Positions 63,530 to 64,000 of a DNA stretch of 64,000 nucleotides are shown here, piece by piece. The notes beneath the pieces were generated by a model. It saw only the letters and a program-made list of their open reading frames with translations. It did not search any database and was not told where the DNA came from. The stretch covers positions 1 to 64,000 of IMG/VR virus record IMGVR_UViG_3300044477_000030; one strand, given 5' to 3'. Every line of letters starts with the position of its first letter. Positions within the stretch are counted from its first letter, which is position 1. The stretch is from a virus. Lineage: Duplodnaviria; Caudoviricetes. Made by a program: the position numbers and the translations under genes.

Positions 63530-63904
63530 ATGCGGGAATTCAGATGCAAAATCAGAATTCCACTCTACCGCACTGTGGTGGAGGTGATCTTATCCTCCAA
63601 TATGAAGGAAACATGGAGAAAGGAAGGGCCGAAGTATGGAGATGATGGTTCTATTGACGACATTGCAGCTTTTACGCAACCAGTTCCGGGTCAATCGGTA
63701 TTGATTGTCGCCACTACAACCCCGAGCGTTTCCGATATTGCCCATGAAGCCGTCCATGCTGCGGTGTATATCCTGAAGACCTCCGGCGTGAAGCTGACCG
63801 ATTCGAGTGAAGAAAGCTATGCCTATCTCGTGGGGCATATTGTGTGCGAGATCCGCAAGATGATGTTGCGCAACAAATTGAGATTTTCAAAGGAGAAAGT
63901 ATGA
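63530..63904 (+). CDS. Hypothetical protein with HExxH motif
   Basis: IAHEAVHAA...EESYAYLVG zincin-like motif. Confidence 0.65.
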   Translation: MREFRCKIRIPLYRTVVEVILSSNMKETWRKEGPKYGDDGSIDDIAAFTQPVPGQSVLIVATTTPSVSDIAHEAVHAAVYILKTSGVKLTDSSEESYAYLVGHIVCEIRKMMLRNKLRFSKEKV

Positions 63905-64000
63905 AAGTGATAGGAAACACCAAAGATGACAAGTTGCTTGTTGAAATGAAAAAAGAAGAACTCATGGGATTGTTGGGCGTTGTTAGTGATAAAGACAAAA
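63901..64000 (+). CDS. Hypothetical protein, truncated by window end
   Basis: AAGGAG RBS, ATGA overlap, open to 64000. Confidence 0.55.
   Translation, partial: MKVIGNTKDDKLLVEMKKEELMGLLGVVSDKDK

Noticed and set aside
58633-64000. Circular permutation or terminal repeat of a 58.6 kb genome
   Set aside because: Identity with the window start ends after 127 nt, and the following genes are unrelated.
1-64000. Prophage integration module or intron/intein in terL, primase or helicase
   Set aside because: No integrase, att repeat or host genes are seen, and these ORFs are uninterrupted and of normal size.

Overview
The window is a segment of a lytic-looking dsDNA tailed phage with a contractile tail (myovirus-type Caudoviricetes). 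No integrase, DNA polymerase, CRISPR array or rRNA is visible, and the host cannot be assigned from sequence alone. There are five blocks of alternating strand. (1) 1-9.7 kb (+): recombination and nucleotide genes (RuvC-like resolvase, HTH-metallophosphoesterase, SbcD, an SbcC split into separate ORFs, DUF3310) plus an atypical tRNA. (2) 9.8-43.5 kb (-): a complete late operon running terS, terL, portal, head, neck, sheath, tubes, tail chaperone with -1 frameshift, tape measure, baseplate, tail fibre, then a 9 kb accessory virion-appendage module, and ending in a patatin phospholipase plus lysozyme. (3) 43.7-46.4 kb (+): small genes and a Pol-beta-type nucleotidyltransferase. (4) 46.5-57.8 kb (-): a 1 kb non-coding skew-switch region, an AT-rich island of small genes behind sigma54-like promoters and flanked by (CGATTGA)n arrays, a sigma factor, primase, SemiSWEET-like and Lar-like genes, and a ~760 nt highly structured ORF-free unit. 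(5) 58-64 kb (+): an octapeptide-repeat protein, SNF2 helicase and a second sigma factor. The strongest candidates for new biology are the duplicated 4-gene paralog cassette with its acidic-repeat filament, one domain shared by head, sheath and baseplate proteins, the sigma54-like/heptamer-array early island, the large structured RNA or origin candidate, and the patatin-endolysin lysis cassette. Family assignments come from motif recognition by eye, not from database searches.
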